A stretch of 64,000 nucleotides of DNA from an uncultured Acidimicrobiia bacterium (GCA_958295745.1 OY282370.1:1770548-1834547), one strand, 5' to 3'; numbered from the stretch's first letter, positions 37,489-47,593 are shown. The notes: generated from the sequence alone by a model not told the origin. Made by a program: numbers and translations.

Positions 37489-37579
37489 TTGGCTAGCCAA
37501 GAGTAGTGTTGCTCTGAGTGCCGCGGAGAAGCCGGTGCCGGGTCGCGTCAAGGTAATGGGGCGGTCTACCATGGGGGGC

Positions 37580-38731
37580 ATGCTTCGTTTCTTGACTGCA
37601 GGGGAATCGCACGGCCCCGGGCTGGTGACCATCGTCGAGGGGGTTCCGGCGGGGTTGGTCGTTACCCGTGAGGGCTTGGGTACCGAGCTGGCCCGCAGGC
37701 GTCTGGGGTACGGGCGCGGCAACCGTATGAAGCTCGAGCAGGACGAGCTGGAGATCATGGGCGGTATCCGCCACGGGCGCACCCTCGGCTCGCCGGTGGC
37801 GGTGATCATCCGCAACACCGAGTGGCCTCGCTGGCAGGAGGAGATGTCGCCGGACCCCGGCGTCCCGAGGCGGCCCATGACCACCCCCCGCCCCGGCCAC
37901 GCCGACCTGGTGGGGATGCTCAAGTACGACACCAAGGACGCCCGCAACATTCTCGAGCGGGCTTCGGCCCGCGAGACGGCGGCCCGCACCGTCGTCGGTT
38001 ACCTGGCCAAACAACTGCTGGGGAGCATCGACGTCACGGTGCTCAGCCATGTGGTGGCGATCGGCAAGGCCGTGTCGCTCTCCGAACGGCTCCCCGTCAT
38101 CGAGGACCTTCCCGCCATCGATGCTTCCCAAGTCCGGGCCTTCGGTGCCGAAACCGAGCAGGCGATGGTCGCCGAGATCGAGCGGGCCAAGGCCGACCGG
38201 GACACGCTGGGCGGGGTGATGGAGGTGCTGGTCTACGGCCTGCCGCCCGGCGTCGGATCCCACGTGCATTGGGATCGGAAGCTCGACGCCAGGCTGGGGG
38301 AGGCGTTGCTCTCGATCCAGGCCATGAAGGCGGTCGAGGTGGGCGACGGGCTGGAGACGGCCCGCCGCCGGGGTTCCGAGGCGCACGACGAGATCTACTA
38401 CGGGGACGATGGTTTCTACCGCAATACGGGCCGGGCGGGCGGCACGGAGGGCGGGATGACTACCGGACAACCCCTCCGGGTTCGGGTGGCCATGAAACCG
38501 CTCTCGACGGTGATGCGGCCCCTCCCCACCGTGGACGTGGTGACCAAGGAACCGCAGGTGGCCTTCCGGGAACGCTCCGACGTGTGCGCGGTGCCGGCCG
38601 CCGGGGTGGTGGCCGAGCAGATGACGGCGTACGTGGTTGCCCGGGAGCTCCAGCGCAAGTTCGGCGGGGACACCGTCGGCGACTTCGCGGGGAACGCCGC
38701 CGCCTATAGGGCCCGGCTCCGCTCGTTTTGA
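37580..38731 (+). CDS. aroC: chorismate synthase
   Basis: MLRFLTAGESHGPGLVTIVEGVPAGL..GRSSARETAARVVVGYLAKQLLG.. Start at ATG 37580; the ORF-track start 37535 is an upstream GTG extension. Confidence 0.9.
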   Translation: MLRFLTAGESHGPGLVTIVEGVPAGLVVTREGLGTELARRRLGYGRGNRMKLEQDELEIMGGIRHGRTLGSPVAVIIRNTEWPRWQEEMSPDPGVPRRPMTTPRPGHADLVGMLKYDTKDARNILERASARETAARTVVGYLAKQLLGSIDVTVLSHVVAIGKAVSLSERLPVIEDLPAIDASQVRAFGAETEQAMVAEIERAKADRDTLGGVMEVLVYGLPPGVGSHVHWDRKLDARLGEALLSIQAMKAVEVGDGLETARRRGSEAHDEIYYGDDGFYRNTGRAGGTEGGMTTGQPLRVRVAMKPLSTVMRPLPTVDVVTKEPQVAFRERSDVCAVPAAGVVAEQMTAYVVARELQRKFGGDTVGDFAGNAAAYRARLRSF

Positions 38732-38776
38732 TGGCCTCCTCGACTGTTCCCTCTACGTTTTCCTGAGGGCCGGCCG

Positions 38777-40315
38777 ATGGGGAACCTCTGGCTCGTCGGC
38801 ATGATGTGTTCCGGCAAGACCACGGTGGGCGGGCGCGCATCCGAGGCCCGCGCCACACCTTTCTTCGATGTGGACCGGCTGGTGGAGCTGCGGGCCGGGA
38901 AGTCCGTCGTGGACATATTCCGTCAGGACGGGGAGTCCGCCTTCCGGCGCTTGGAGGCGGCCGAGATCCGGCGCTTAGCGGACGATTCGCCGGGCGGCGG
39001 TGGCAGCAGCGGCGGCGGGGGCATGGTCGTCTCCACCGGCGGGGGGGCGGTGCTCGACGACCGGAACGTGGAGGCGATGCGCCGCACCGGGGCGGTGGTG
39101 TGGCTGGATGCCCCCGTTTCCGCTTTGGCGGCCCGGGTGGCGGGGGAGGAGCGGCCTTTGCTGGCCGGGGTGGACGCCCCCCGTTTTCTGGCGGAGATGC
39201 TCGACCGGCGGCGCCCTATGTATGAAGGGGCCGCCCACTACCGGGTCGACGCCGACCGTCCGGTTTCCGAAGTGGCCGCCGAGGTTTCCTGTTGCGCCCG
39301 GATCGCAGTCGGAGGCGCTTCGGAGATACTGATCGGGCCGGGCCTGACATCCCCTCTGCTTCCTCGGTCGTCCGGTCGCGAGCAGGCGGCGGTCATCACC
39401 CAGCCCGGCGCCATGCCGGCGGCCCGCCGGGTGATGGACCGGCTGCGGGCAGAGACAGACGCCGTGTTGATCGAAGTTCCCGACCGGGAGGAGGCCAAGA
39501 CCGTTGGGACCTTGGGGATGCTCTACACCCGGTTGGCGGAGCTGAACCTCGGACGCCACGACACGATCGTCGGGGTGGGCGGCGGGGCGGTAACCGATCT
39601 GGCCGGGTTCGCCGCGGCGACCTGGCTGAGAGGGATCGAGTCCGTGCTGGTTCCCACCACCCTGCTGGGGGCGGTGGATGCGTCCATCGGTGGCAAGACC
39701 GGAATCAACGTGTCGGGCAAGAATCTGGTGGGGGCCTTCTGGCATCCGTCCCGGGTGTCGGTCGGCCTCGACACGCTGGCCGCTCTGCCCGAGGATCTGA
39801 TCAGGGAGGGGGCGGCGGAGACGGTAAAGGCCGGTTTCATCGCCGACCCCGGGCTGGTGGAGCTGTTCACGGCCGACGGGATGTCTTTCCCGCTCGCCGA
39901 GGCGGTGAGGCGGGCGGTTGCCGTCAAGGCGGAGGTGGTCTCTTCGGACTTTCGCGAGGCCGGGCGCCGGGCGGTGCTCAACTTCGGCCATACGATCGGG
40001 CACGGCGTGGAGGCGGCGTGCGGGCTGGCGCACGGACACGCCGTTTCGGTGGGCATGGCGGCGGCGGCGGCCGTATCCGCGGACCGGTACGGGTTCGATC
40101 CGGGCGAGGTGCTGCTTCCGCTCGAACGGCTGGGCCTGCCCACCCGGATAGAGCAGGCCGACCGGGCCGAGATCCGCCGTCTGATCTCCCGTGACAAGAA
40201 GCGCACCGCGGCGGGATTGCGGATGGTTCTGTTGCGCGGGGTGGGGGATCCGGTGGTGGAGCAAGTGGACGAGGACGCCTTGGAGATCGGGTTTTCGGCG
40301 GTGGGTGTGTGTTGA
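38777..40315 (+). CDS. aroKB: bifunctional shikimate kinase / 3-dehydroquinate synthase (AroK-AroB fusion)
   Basis: Residues 1-~175: MGNLWLVGMMCSGKTTVGGRASEARATPFFDVDRLVE.. (shikimate kinase, Walker A) containing a GGGGSSGGGG insert. Residues ~180-512: ..AVITQPGAM..TIVGVGGGAVTDLAGFAAATWLRGIESVLVPTTLLGAVDASIGGKTGIN..NFGHTIGHGVE.. (DHQ synthase). Single uninterrupted ORF. Confidence 0.8.
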   Translation: MGNLWLVGMMCSGKTTVGGRASEARATPFFDVDRLVELRAGKSVVDIFRQDGESAFRRLEAAEIRRLADDSPGGGGSSGGGGMVVSTGGGAVLDDRNVEAMRRTGAVVWLDAPVSALAARVAGEERPLLAGVDAPRFLAEMLDRRRPMYEGAAHYRVDADRPVSEVAAEVSCCARIAVGGASEILIGPGLTSPLLPRSSGREQAAVITQPGAMPAARRVMDRLRAETDAVLIEVPDREEAKTVGTLGMLYTRLAELNLGRHDTIVGVGGGAVTDLAGFAAATWLRGIESVLVPTTLLGAVDASIGGKTGINVSGKNLVGAFWHPSRVSVGLDTLAALPEDLIREGAAETVKAGFIADPGLVELFTADGMSFPLAEAVRRAVAVKAEVVSSDFREAGRRAVLNFGHTIGHGVEAACGLAHGHAVSVGMAAAAAVSADRYGFDPGEVLLPLERLGLPTRIEQADRAEIRRLISRDKKRTAAGLRMVLLRGVGDPVVEQVDEDALEIGFSAVGVC

Positions 40316-40400
40316 CGCAGGTACATGACCATGATCCGACGTCGCCTGGGGAGAAGACCTGGACCTCTGTGCGGATGCCCTCTATTTGGAGATAACCGGC

Positions 40401-42833
40401 TTATCTGTACGGTAAGGCGGGGAGGCTGGCGGCTTCGGTTATTTCTTCGGGGTGGACCAGGGCGGTCATTTCGGCGCCGGTCGTGGTTACGATTTTCACG
40501 GCCACCGGTTGCCCCGTAGGCGGGAAGGGCTGGGAGCGCATGCTGACGATCTTGTCGATCGCGTCTTTGTCGGCCTTCTTGCCCAGTTCTTTCATGAGGC
40601 GCTTGAGGTTCCGTTCCTTGCGGGCGGCGGGCAGGTAGGTGAGGGTCGAGAAGAACGACGCTCCGTCGTGGTCGGTGTCGATCATCCAGGCGGCGATCTG
40701 GTTCGGTCCTCCGGCAACGACGCCGCCGGTCGCCGGGTCGTAGGTGTCGTAGCCGATCACCTCCACCGACACCCGCCCGTCCGGTTCGGGATGGAGGATG
40801 AGGTCGGGCTCGCCCAGCATGGTGAAGGATTCATCGCCGGGAGCGTCGGCGAGCTGGGTGATCTGCAGGTCCCGGTTGGCCTGGACTTTGAGCACCTCTA
40901 CGTCGCGGTAGGCGGTTTCGATGCCGGGGGTGAACGCCCATCCCACCACGATCAGATGCTTCACGTCGGGCAGGTGTTTCTTGGCTTCGTTGGCGGCGAG
41001 GGCGGCCTGCTGGCCGGTCACCGTGGCGTCGGGGGAGGCCAGCATCACCGCTGCCAAGAACTCGTCCTCTCGGTTGGGGGACTGGCAGAGAGCCCCGTGG
41101 GTGGTGAGCTTCCCGGTGGGCCATGGTTCCAGATCGACGACCTCCAACGCCTGCCGCCCGAACGCCGTTTTCACCGTTGCGCCCATCAGCCGTTCCACCA
41201 GGTTGGCCTGTGTTTGGGCGGCGGCCGTTCCCAGATCGTCGGGCCCGGCTTCGGGTTCGTGGAACGGGACGTAGGCGTAGGGCGATTCGGCCTCTACCGT
41301 AAAGGGTGAGCACACCCGCAACACCGAGCGGTCGTGCTTCGGTTTGTCCACCAGGTAGATGGTGTTCTCCGGGTCGTCCACCTTGTCGTAGGCGAGGGTG
41401 GCGGCGGAGACGCGTTGGATGGTTTTATACACGAACCCCACCGAAGGGTCGGCGGATCCCGGTATGTCGGAGTCGACCTCCCACCAGGGGTGGACTCCGG
41501 TGAGGACGCGCTGGCGGGCTATGGAGATTGAAACGGGGGAGGTATCGCAGGTGATCCACCGTCGTCCCCAACGCTCGGCGGCATCCGCCGTTACTCCCGA
41601 TCCGCAGGTAGGGTCGAACACCAGGTCGCCCGGGTCGGAAGCCATCAGGATGCACCGCTCCACTACCGAGGCGGCAGTTTCGACTACATAACGTTTTGCG
41701 CCGGGCTGTGGACGTTTGACTGTATGCCACACGTTGTCGATGCGATGGCCTGGTACCTCGTCTTCATACCACTTCCAATGGAGGCGTCGGCCTTCAACAT
41801 CGAGTCGTCCTAGTTGGGCGAGTCGGTCCATGCCGCTAAGGCCCTGCTCCCCCGTAGGAGAGGACTCTCCACTGGCGCGTGGCCCCATACCACCCCTTCC
41901 ATTGGGGAGTGTTCGCTCCTCAGGAGTGGACACTCTCCACTGGCGCGTGGCCCCTGAGTGGTATCTGACCCCATCATACTCATACCAACCCGTTCGCCCG
42001 GTATTTGATGCCCCTTGGGAGGTGAGGTTCATTCGTCTATAAATACGTGCCCCTGCAGGTAGATTCTCGTCGGGTTCTTTCCTTTCATATCGAGTTAGTT
42101 TACGGGTAGTACCATCTGGGAGCTCCACCATGACATAAGAGGCGAAGTGTTTGACGACTTCTGCTCGTGAAAGGGGTACATAAAGTTGTCTATACTTGAC
42201 CTTTTGGCTGTCCTTGGTATACCAAAGCAGATAGCTGGCTGATTCGGGTAGGTATCTTGAAGATGAACCTCCTGTGGGCCGCCAGGTTATGGTGGCCATC
42301 TTGTTTTCGTGGCCGAACACCTCGTCGCAAACCACTGCCAGTCGATGAACATGATCGTCTCCGATCTGGAGGAACAGCGACCCGCTTTCTGCTAATAGTT
42401 CGCGTATGAGCACCAGCTTTACATATATGGCGTCCAGATATGAGTGGATGCCGTTGCGGTAGCTGTCTCGGAAGGCGGTGACAGAGGCAGGATCGCCGAC
42501 CGGCACGCCGTCCCCTTTGTTGCTGACGTTGAGGTTGTTGGTAGAAGGTTGGAAGTTACTTCTATATCCTATTCCGTAGGGAGGGTCGAAGTAGACCACC
42601 TGTACTTGACCTGCGAGGTCTTCACGGGCCAGCAACGAGGACATTACGCGAGCCGATTCACCATGTATGAGGCGGTTCTGCCAATGACCCCGGTGCCGGT
42701 AGTACTCGAAGGCGGAATGGTCGGCGGGCAGGCCGTTGAAATCATCGAACAGGTTGGGGGTTACCCCTGCTTCGGGTCGGGTCAGCTGGTTGACGAAGGC
42801 GGTGGGCAGGACCTTCTCACGGATCGACAGCAC
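40401..42833 (-). CDS. mod: Type III restriction-modification system methyltransferase (Mod), beta-class N6-adenine/N4-cytosine MTase
   Basis: 810 aa. Motif IV ..VQVVYFDPPYGIGY.. near the N-terminus; motif I ..VFDPTCGSGVTADAAERWGRRWITCD.. about 300 aa later (beta-class order). GTG start; no in-frame start further upstream before a TGA. Confidence 0.75.
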   Translation of the reverse strand: MLSIREKVLPTAFVNQLTRPEAGVTPNLFDDFNGLPADHSAFEYYRHRGHWQNRLIHGESARVMSSLLAREDLAGQVQVVYFDPPYGIGYRSNFQPSTNNLNVSNKGDGVPVGDPASVTAFRDSYRNGIHSYLDAIYVKLVLIRELLAESGSLFLQIGDDHVHRLAVVCDEVFGHENKMATITWRPTGGSSSRYLPESASYLLWYTKDSQKVKYRQLYVPLSRAEVVKHFASYVMVELPDGTTRKLTRYERKEPDENLPAGARIYRRMNLTSQGASNTGRTGWYEYDGVRYHSGATRQWRVSTPEERTLPNGRGGMGPRASGESSPTGEQGLSGMDRLAQLGRLDVEGRRLHWKWYEDEVPGHRIDNVWHTVKRPQPGAKRYVVETAASVVERCILMASDPGDLVFDPTCGSGVTADAAERWGRRWITCDTSPVSISIARQRVLTGVHPWWEVDSDIPGSADPSVGFVYKTIQRVSAATLAYDKVDDPENTIYLVDKPKHDRSVLRVCSPFTVEAESPYAYVPFHEPEAGPDDLGTAAAQTQANLVERLMGATVKTAFGRQALEVVDLEPWPTGKLTTHGALCQSPNREDEFLAAVMLASPDATVTGQQAALAANEAKKHLPDVKHLIVVGWAFTPGIETAYRDVEVLKVQANRDLQITQLADAPGDESFTMLGEPDLILHPEPDGRVSVEVIGYDTYDPATGGVVAGGPNQIAAWMIDTDHDGASFFSTLTYLPAARKERNLKRLMKELGKKADKDAIDKIVSMRSQPFPPTGQPVAVKIVTTTGAEMTALVHPEEITEAASLPALPYR

Positions 42834-42909
42834 CGGAGCGTCGAAGGTATTCTGGTCGTCGGCAGGGTCGCGGTTCCAGAAGAGAGTTGGATCAGTATTC
42901 GCATTCTCC

Positions 42910-42920
42910 GGGGGGGGGGG
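42910..42920. repeat. G11 homopolymeric tract in the res-mod intergenic region, ~78 bp upstream of the mod start
   Basis: Read directly: ctccGGGGGGGGGGGtggtaac (11 G on the + strand; poly-C in the mod transcript direction). Confidence 0.9.
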
Positions 42921-43060
42921 TGGTAACTGATAGGGGCGGCTTCGTCACCCGAGGCGCTTGCTTCTTCGGTGGGAAGGTTCACGCGGGACGCTTCCTGATG
43001 CCGGTAGGAACGCAGGGGTTTCGTTCGCTGTTTCCTTCTCCGTGCCACGGTGTCCTCCGT

Positions 43061-46012
43061 TCAATCAGTATCGCGGATGGCTTTATCGAGGTCGGTTCTG
43101 ACCCGTTGGGTTTCGTTCAGCTCCACCAATCCCCATCGGCGCAGTTCCGGGTCGATCGCCTCTGTTTTGGCCACCGAGGGAATCCAGTGCTCGATTACGA
43201 AACGTTTCTTGTGTTCCCACTTGGGGTCAGGGCGGCCCTTGCCTTCGATGATCAGGTTGAGTCCGTTGTCGAGCCTGGCTGCGAAGTCGGGAGTGTAGAG
43301 GTGCCAAACTCCGTCCGAGCGGTAGGGGATCGTCCAGCCCAGCTGAAAGTTGCGCGCCCAAGCCGTTACCCGCGGGTGCCGGTCGAGCTGCCGGGCGCAT
43401 TCCAGTTCGAGTCCGCTGTGGCAGGCGGCCAGGTTTAGTTCAGAGTGTGCAGTTTCATGTATGTAACTCAGCGTGGTCTCGAAGCGCACCTCGTCGGTGT
43501 CGCTCAGGGGAGGGAGTGCGAGCTTGGCCACCTGGATAGCGCCGCCTTTTGGAGTGGGGCGGCAGGCGGTCAGTATGCGGTCTACTACCTCCTCACGGTG
43601 GTCGGCTCGCAACAGCAGCATGGGGTCGTCTTCGGCTATGGAGATATGTGGATGGGATATCCATTGCTCAACGGCTCGGTAGGCGCCGCGGAAGAGTCCG
43701 CTCCGTCTATGGCCTGCCGCATCACCGTTGCTGAACACAAACCGGCGCACCACCATTGCCGCCAGGGTTGCCTTGGCGGTCTTCAGACGGGTGTCTTGGC
43801 GGCTGATCTCGATGATTTTCTCCTCGCCTGCCACCCCTGTGATCAACGTCATGGTGGGTATGTCACCTACGTCCACGGAGTAGGGCTCCACCAGGTCGGG
43901 GTGGAAGGTCAGGCCGTCCTGGGGCGGGATGGTCATGTACTGCTCCACCAACGGGAAGGTGATCCGGCGGTCTTGGCGGCCCGGTACGGTCTTCACGATG
44001 TGGATGGGTTTCGGCTCGGGCGGCTCGGGATCGATGGGGCCGGAAGGCATGAACTCGAAAGGTATCCCCACCACGTCGGCGTACTCGGGGTTGAGCAACC
44101 GGCGTATCCGTCCGCCGTCGTCGATCTCCCGCCAGTTCTCGTAGTCGACCCGGCGGAGCGCCCGACCCGTCACCTGTTCGCACAGCAGCTGGGTTCCGAA
44201 GCGGCGGTAGCCGAGTACGTGGGTGACGGTGCGGGTGTCCCAGCCCTCGGTGAGCATCGACACCGACACCACGCAGCGCACCCGCTCGCCCGGCCGGTCC
44301 GGTTTGCCGACCGTGTTCATCATCCGCCGCATCGCCATGACCGGATCGGCGGCTCGGTCGTCGAACCGGCCTACCTGGTCTTTCACCAGCTTGGCGAATT
44401 TGCCGGTGAGTTTCTCGTCGGTGTCGAGCTTGGAATGGACCAGCAGGGTGCGGGGATAATCTTTCCAGCCGCTCCCGTCGTCCCGGACGTTGGAGAAGAG
44501 CGGGAGTTCTCCCGGCCTGAAGGAACCGTCGCGCCCTTCGGCGCCGGCGATCCAGTCGTAGAGGGCGGCGGCGTTGGCGATGGTGTTGGCCACCACGATC
44601 ATCACCGGCGGGGTCTTGGTCTCCGCTTTCTCCCAAGTTCGGAAGGAGCGTTCGTAGTCGGCGTACAGGGCCGACATGGCGCCATCCAACGGTTCCTGCA
44701 GCGGTTCGCCGTTCGCTTTGATGCGCTTGTGATGCGAGTTGCCGTACAGGTTGCGCCATACGGTCTGGTCGGCGGAGGCGTCGTCGTCGCAGGGCACCCG
44801 CGGCACCTTGACCAGCCCCGACTCGATCGATTCCATCAGCCCGAAGTCGGACACCACCCATTCGAAGAGCCGGGGTCGCGCCTTGGAAGTGGTGTCGATC
44901 CACATGGGGGTGGCGGAGAAGTCGTATACGACGCTCGCTTGGCCGCGGCGGTCGTCCATCCGTCCGAGGTGTCCGGCGTCCCGCAGGGCGCGAATGGCGT
45001 TGAACCAGACGGCCGCCGCCTTGGAGTCGACGTCCTTTCCGCCCTTGTGACCCTTCTGGCCTGGAAGCCAGCAGTGATGGGCCTCGTCGTTGATCACCAC
45101 CAGGTCGCCGTAGGCGGAGGAAGGGCGGATCAGATCCCTGAGCACTCGTTCGGCGGCGGCTTGGCGCGACTCGCGGCCGGTGTCGTAGTCGACCTCCAGC
45201 AGCTTGCGGGCGTGTCCTGTGGCGCCGAGCAGGTCGCGGGGCTGGAAGGCCTGCCAGTTGACGACGGCCACCTTCGCCCGGTTGAGACTGCGGCGCAGCG
45301 GCCCCGGCGGGACCAGCCCGTATTCGTCGTAGATGTTGTCGGGGTGGGTGGGGCGCAGCACCGCCAGGCGGTCGCGGACGGTGAGGCCGGGGGCGATCAC
45401 GGCGAAGCGCTGGCCGTGATGCAGGTTCCGGCTTCGGGAAGTGCGGACGGCGTTGAGGGTCTGCCAGGCGATCAGCATCGCCATGACCACCGTCTTGCCG
45501 GTGCCGGTGGCCTGCTTGACGCAATGGCGGACGATCCCGTCGTTGTACCTGCGGGACAGTTCCTCGATGCTTCGGCGTTCCGGCGTCCCTCGGGTGGCGA
45601 CCTCCCGCAACCAGATCAGGGTTTCGATGGCTTCCTGCTGGGCGAAGAACGGCTGCTTCCGGCATTGCTCGCCGTCAGCCCAGTGGCGCAGGAGCTGCCC
45701 GGTGACGCGGGTGGCGCCCGGATAACCGTTGTTTCGCCAAGTCTTCACCTTGCCCCGGATGGCGTTGATGGTCTCGTTCAGGTCCTGGGTGGTCAGCTCG
45801 AGAGCGATCTGCGGATCGGAGTCCTTGGCGTCTTTGGGCGTGGACCGGACCGCCATGGATGGACGGCGGCCCGGCACGGGAAGGCGGCCCTTCATCGCCC
45901 GGCCCAGCCGATCCAGCCCCCAGTACCGGTCCGGTTCTTCGTAGGGGGAGCACAGCACCGGGTCTTGCGACGGGTCGTTGCCGACCCGGGTTGCCCTGCC
46001 GTTTTCGCTCAT
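43061..46012 (-). CDS. res: Type III restriction enzyme Res subunit (SF2 helicase-nuclease)
   Basis: 983 aa. ..VKQATGTGKTVVMAMLIAWQTLN.. (motif I), ..DLVVINDEAHHCW.. (DEAH), ..VLGYRRFGTQLLCEQVTGRALRR.. (motif VI), plus a C-terminal endonuclease region. Confidence 0.8.
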   Translation of the reverse strand: MSENGRATRVGNDPSQDPVLCSPYEEPDRYWGLDRLGRAMKGRLPVPGRRPSMAVRSTPKDAKDSDPQIALELTTQDLNETINAIRGKVKTWRNNGYPGATRVTGQLLRHWADGEQCRKQPFFAQQEAIETLIWLREVATRGTPERRSIEELSRRYNDGIVRHCVKQATGTGKTVVMAMLIAWQTLNAVRTSRSRNLHHGQRFAVIAPGLTVRDRLAVLRPTHPDNIYDEYGLVPPGPLRRSLNRAKVAVVNWQAFQPRDLLGATGHARKLLEVDYDTGRESRQAAAERVLRDLIRPSSAYGDLVVINDEAHHCWLPGQKGHKGGKDVDSKAAAVWFNAIRALRDAGHLGRMDDRRGQASVVYDFSATPMWIDTTSKARPRLFEWVVSDFGLMESIESGLVKVPRVPCDDDASADQTVWRNLYGNSHHKRIKANGEPLQEPLDGAMSALYADYERSFRTWEKAETKTPPVMIVVANTIANAAALYDWIAGAEGRDGSFRPGELPLFSNVRDDGSGWKDYPRTLLVHSKLDTDEKLTGKFAKLVKDQVGRFDDRAADPVMAMRRMMNTVGKPDRPGERVRCVVSVSMLTEGWDTRTVTHVLGYRRFGTQLLCEQVTGRALRRVDYENWREIDDGGRIRRLLNPEYADVVGIPFEFMPSGPIDPEPPEPKPIHIVKTVPGRQDRRITFPLVEQYMTIPPQDGLTFHPDLVEPYSVDVGDIPTMTLITGVAGEEKIIEISRQDTRLKTAKATLAAMVVRRFVFSNGDAAGHRRSGLFRGAYRAVEQWISHPHISIAEDDPMLLLRADHREEVVDRILTACRPTPKGGAIQVAKLALPPLSDTDEVRFETTLSYIHETAHSELNLAACHSGLELECARQLDRHPRVTAWARNFQLGWTIPYRSDGVWHLYTPDFAARLDNGLNLIIEGKGRPDPKWEHKKRFVIEHWIPSVAKTEAIDPELRRWGLVELNETQRVRTDLDKAIRDTD

Positions 46013-46102
46013 GTCCTACATGATGCCAGATGGCGGTGACATTTCCTGGACACGGGTGAGCGGCGAGTCGGGACCGGTTGGGAAAGGCTTTACAATGAGG
46101 GC

Positions 46103-46660
46103 ATGGTCTCCACCAACGATGTCAAGTCGGGTATGGCGCTCGATCTCTCCGACGGGCTGTTCCAGATCGTCGAGCACCAGCATGTGAAGCCGGGCAAGGG
46201 CCGGGCGTTCGTCCGCATGAAGCTCAAGAACCTGCGCTCGGGGGCGGTGGTCGACCGCACCTTCCGCGCCGACGAAGATGTGCCGCAGGCCATGATCGAC
46301 CGGCGGGACCACCAATACCTGTACCGGGACGACCTCGGCTACCACTTCATGAACCTGGAGACCTATGCCCAGTTCGCCTTGGCGGAGGAGGATGTCGGGG
46401 AGGCCAGAAACTACATCACAGAGGGCGCCACCGTGATGCTTCCCCTCTACCAGGACTTTCCGATCGGGGTGGAGCTGGCGGCCTCGGTCCGGCTCGAGGT
46501 GACCGGTGCCGAGCCTGCGGTCAAAGGCGACCGGGTGTCGGGCGCCACCAAGCCGGTCACGTTGGAAACCGGGCTGGTCGTTCAAGCGCCGCTCTTCGTT
46601 GAAGCCGGCGATGTCATCAAGGTAGATACCCGCTCCGGTGCCTACATCTCCCGGGTGTGA
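46103..46660 (+). CDS. efp: elongation factor P
   Basis: MVSTNDVKSGMALDLSDGLFQIVEHQHVKPGKGRAFVRMKLKNLRSGAVVDRTFRADEDV... full-length EF-P. Confidence 0.9.
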   Translation: MVSTNDVKSGMALDLSDGLFQIVEHQHVKPGKGRAFVRMKLKNLRSGAVVDRTFRADEDVPQAMIDRRDHQYLYRDDLGYHFMNLETYAQFALAEEDVGEARNYITEGATVMLPLYQDFPIGVELAASVRLEVTGAEPAVKGDRVSGATKPVTLETGLVVQAPLFVEAGDVIKVDTRSGAYISRV

Positions 46661-46680
46661 GCGCCGGCCCCCCTTTTCCG

Positions 46681-47070
46681 ATGAAAGAACACGTGTCGCG
46701 GGACCGGGTGCTCGAAGCTCTCTACCAGGCCGATCTGCGCGAGTCCGCCGATCCGGCCGAGGGCTTGCAAGGCCGCAACCGGAGCTATGTGGAGGGGGCC
46801 TGGAGGGACGTCGAAGATCTGGACAGCCGGATCGAGGCGGTATCCGAACACTGGTCGGTGTCGAGGATGGCCGTCGTGGATCGGGCCATCCTGCGCCTGG
46901 CGTTGTACGAGCTCCTCAACGAGCGGACCCCGGCGGCGGTGGTGCTCGACGAGGCGGTCGAGCTGGCCAAGCGGTATTCGACCGAGAAGAGCGGCGCTTT
47001 CGTCAACGGGGTGTTGGCCGCCCTAGCCGCAGAGGTGAGGAGCGGCGAGATCCGTCCCGGACAAGGCTAG
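46681..47070 (+). CDS. nusB: transcription antitermination factor NusB
   Basis: MKEHVSRDRVLEALYQADLRESADP...VVDRAILRLALYELLNERTPAAVVLDEAVELAKRYSTEKSGAFVNGVLAAL.. The ORF-track start 46657 is probably an N-terminal extension. Confidence 0.8.
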   Translation: MKEHVSRDRVLEALYQADLRESADPAEGLQGRNRSYVEGAWRDVEDLDSRIEAVSEHWSVSRMAVVDRAILRLALYELLNERTPAAVVLDEAVELAKRYSTEKSGAFVNGVLAALAAEVRSGEIRPGQG

Positions 47071-47095
47071 AGAAGGGTGGATCGGGCGACAGGTT

Positions 47096-47593
47096 TCAGT
47101 CTTCGGTCCCTCCGGGCCTCCGCCAAGCCATAGCGTGGGCGGCGCCTAGGACGAGGGCTATCGCCAGGATACGCACCCGCCATGCGCCGTACAGATCGAT
47201 CCCGAGCGGCTCGTCGAGGGACCACCCGCCTGCTCCCATGAGCGCCACCGCCGCCGCAGCCGCCGCCAGGGTGATGACGTACTCGTAGCCCTCTCCCTTG
47301 TTGAAGATGAAGAAACCGTTGGACCGGTGATGGGTCAGGTACGCCACCAGCATCAGGGCCGCCGCCCCCGCCGCGGCTATGGATGTCAGCAGGCCCAAGA
47401 TCAGCCCAGCCCCGACGGCGATCTCGACCCACGAAGACAGCAACGCCTGGTAACGAGGGGCCCGCCACCCCAGACGTCCGAACCAGCGGGCGGTTCCATC
47501 GAAGTTGCGAAGGTGGTTGACCCCGTGGAGGGTCATCACCACCCCGATCCACACTCGCAGGATCAACAGCCCGAGATCGGCGACATCCATGTC
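47096..47593 (-). CDS. DoxX family membrane protein
   Basis: ..MDVADLGLLILRVWIGVVMTLHGVNHL...WVEIAVGAGLILGLLTSIAAAGAAALMLVAYLTHH... Probable start at internal Met (rc ~47593). Confidence 0.65.
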   Translation of the reverse strand, partial: DMDVADLGLLILRVWIGVVMTLHGVNHLRNFDGTARWFGRLGWRAPRYQALLSSWVEIAVGAGLILGLLTSIAAAGAAALMLVAYLTHHRSNGFFIFNKGEGYEYVITLAAAAAAVALMGAGGWSLDEPLGIDLYGAWRVRILAIALVLGAAHAMAWRRPGGTED

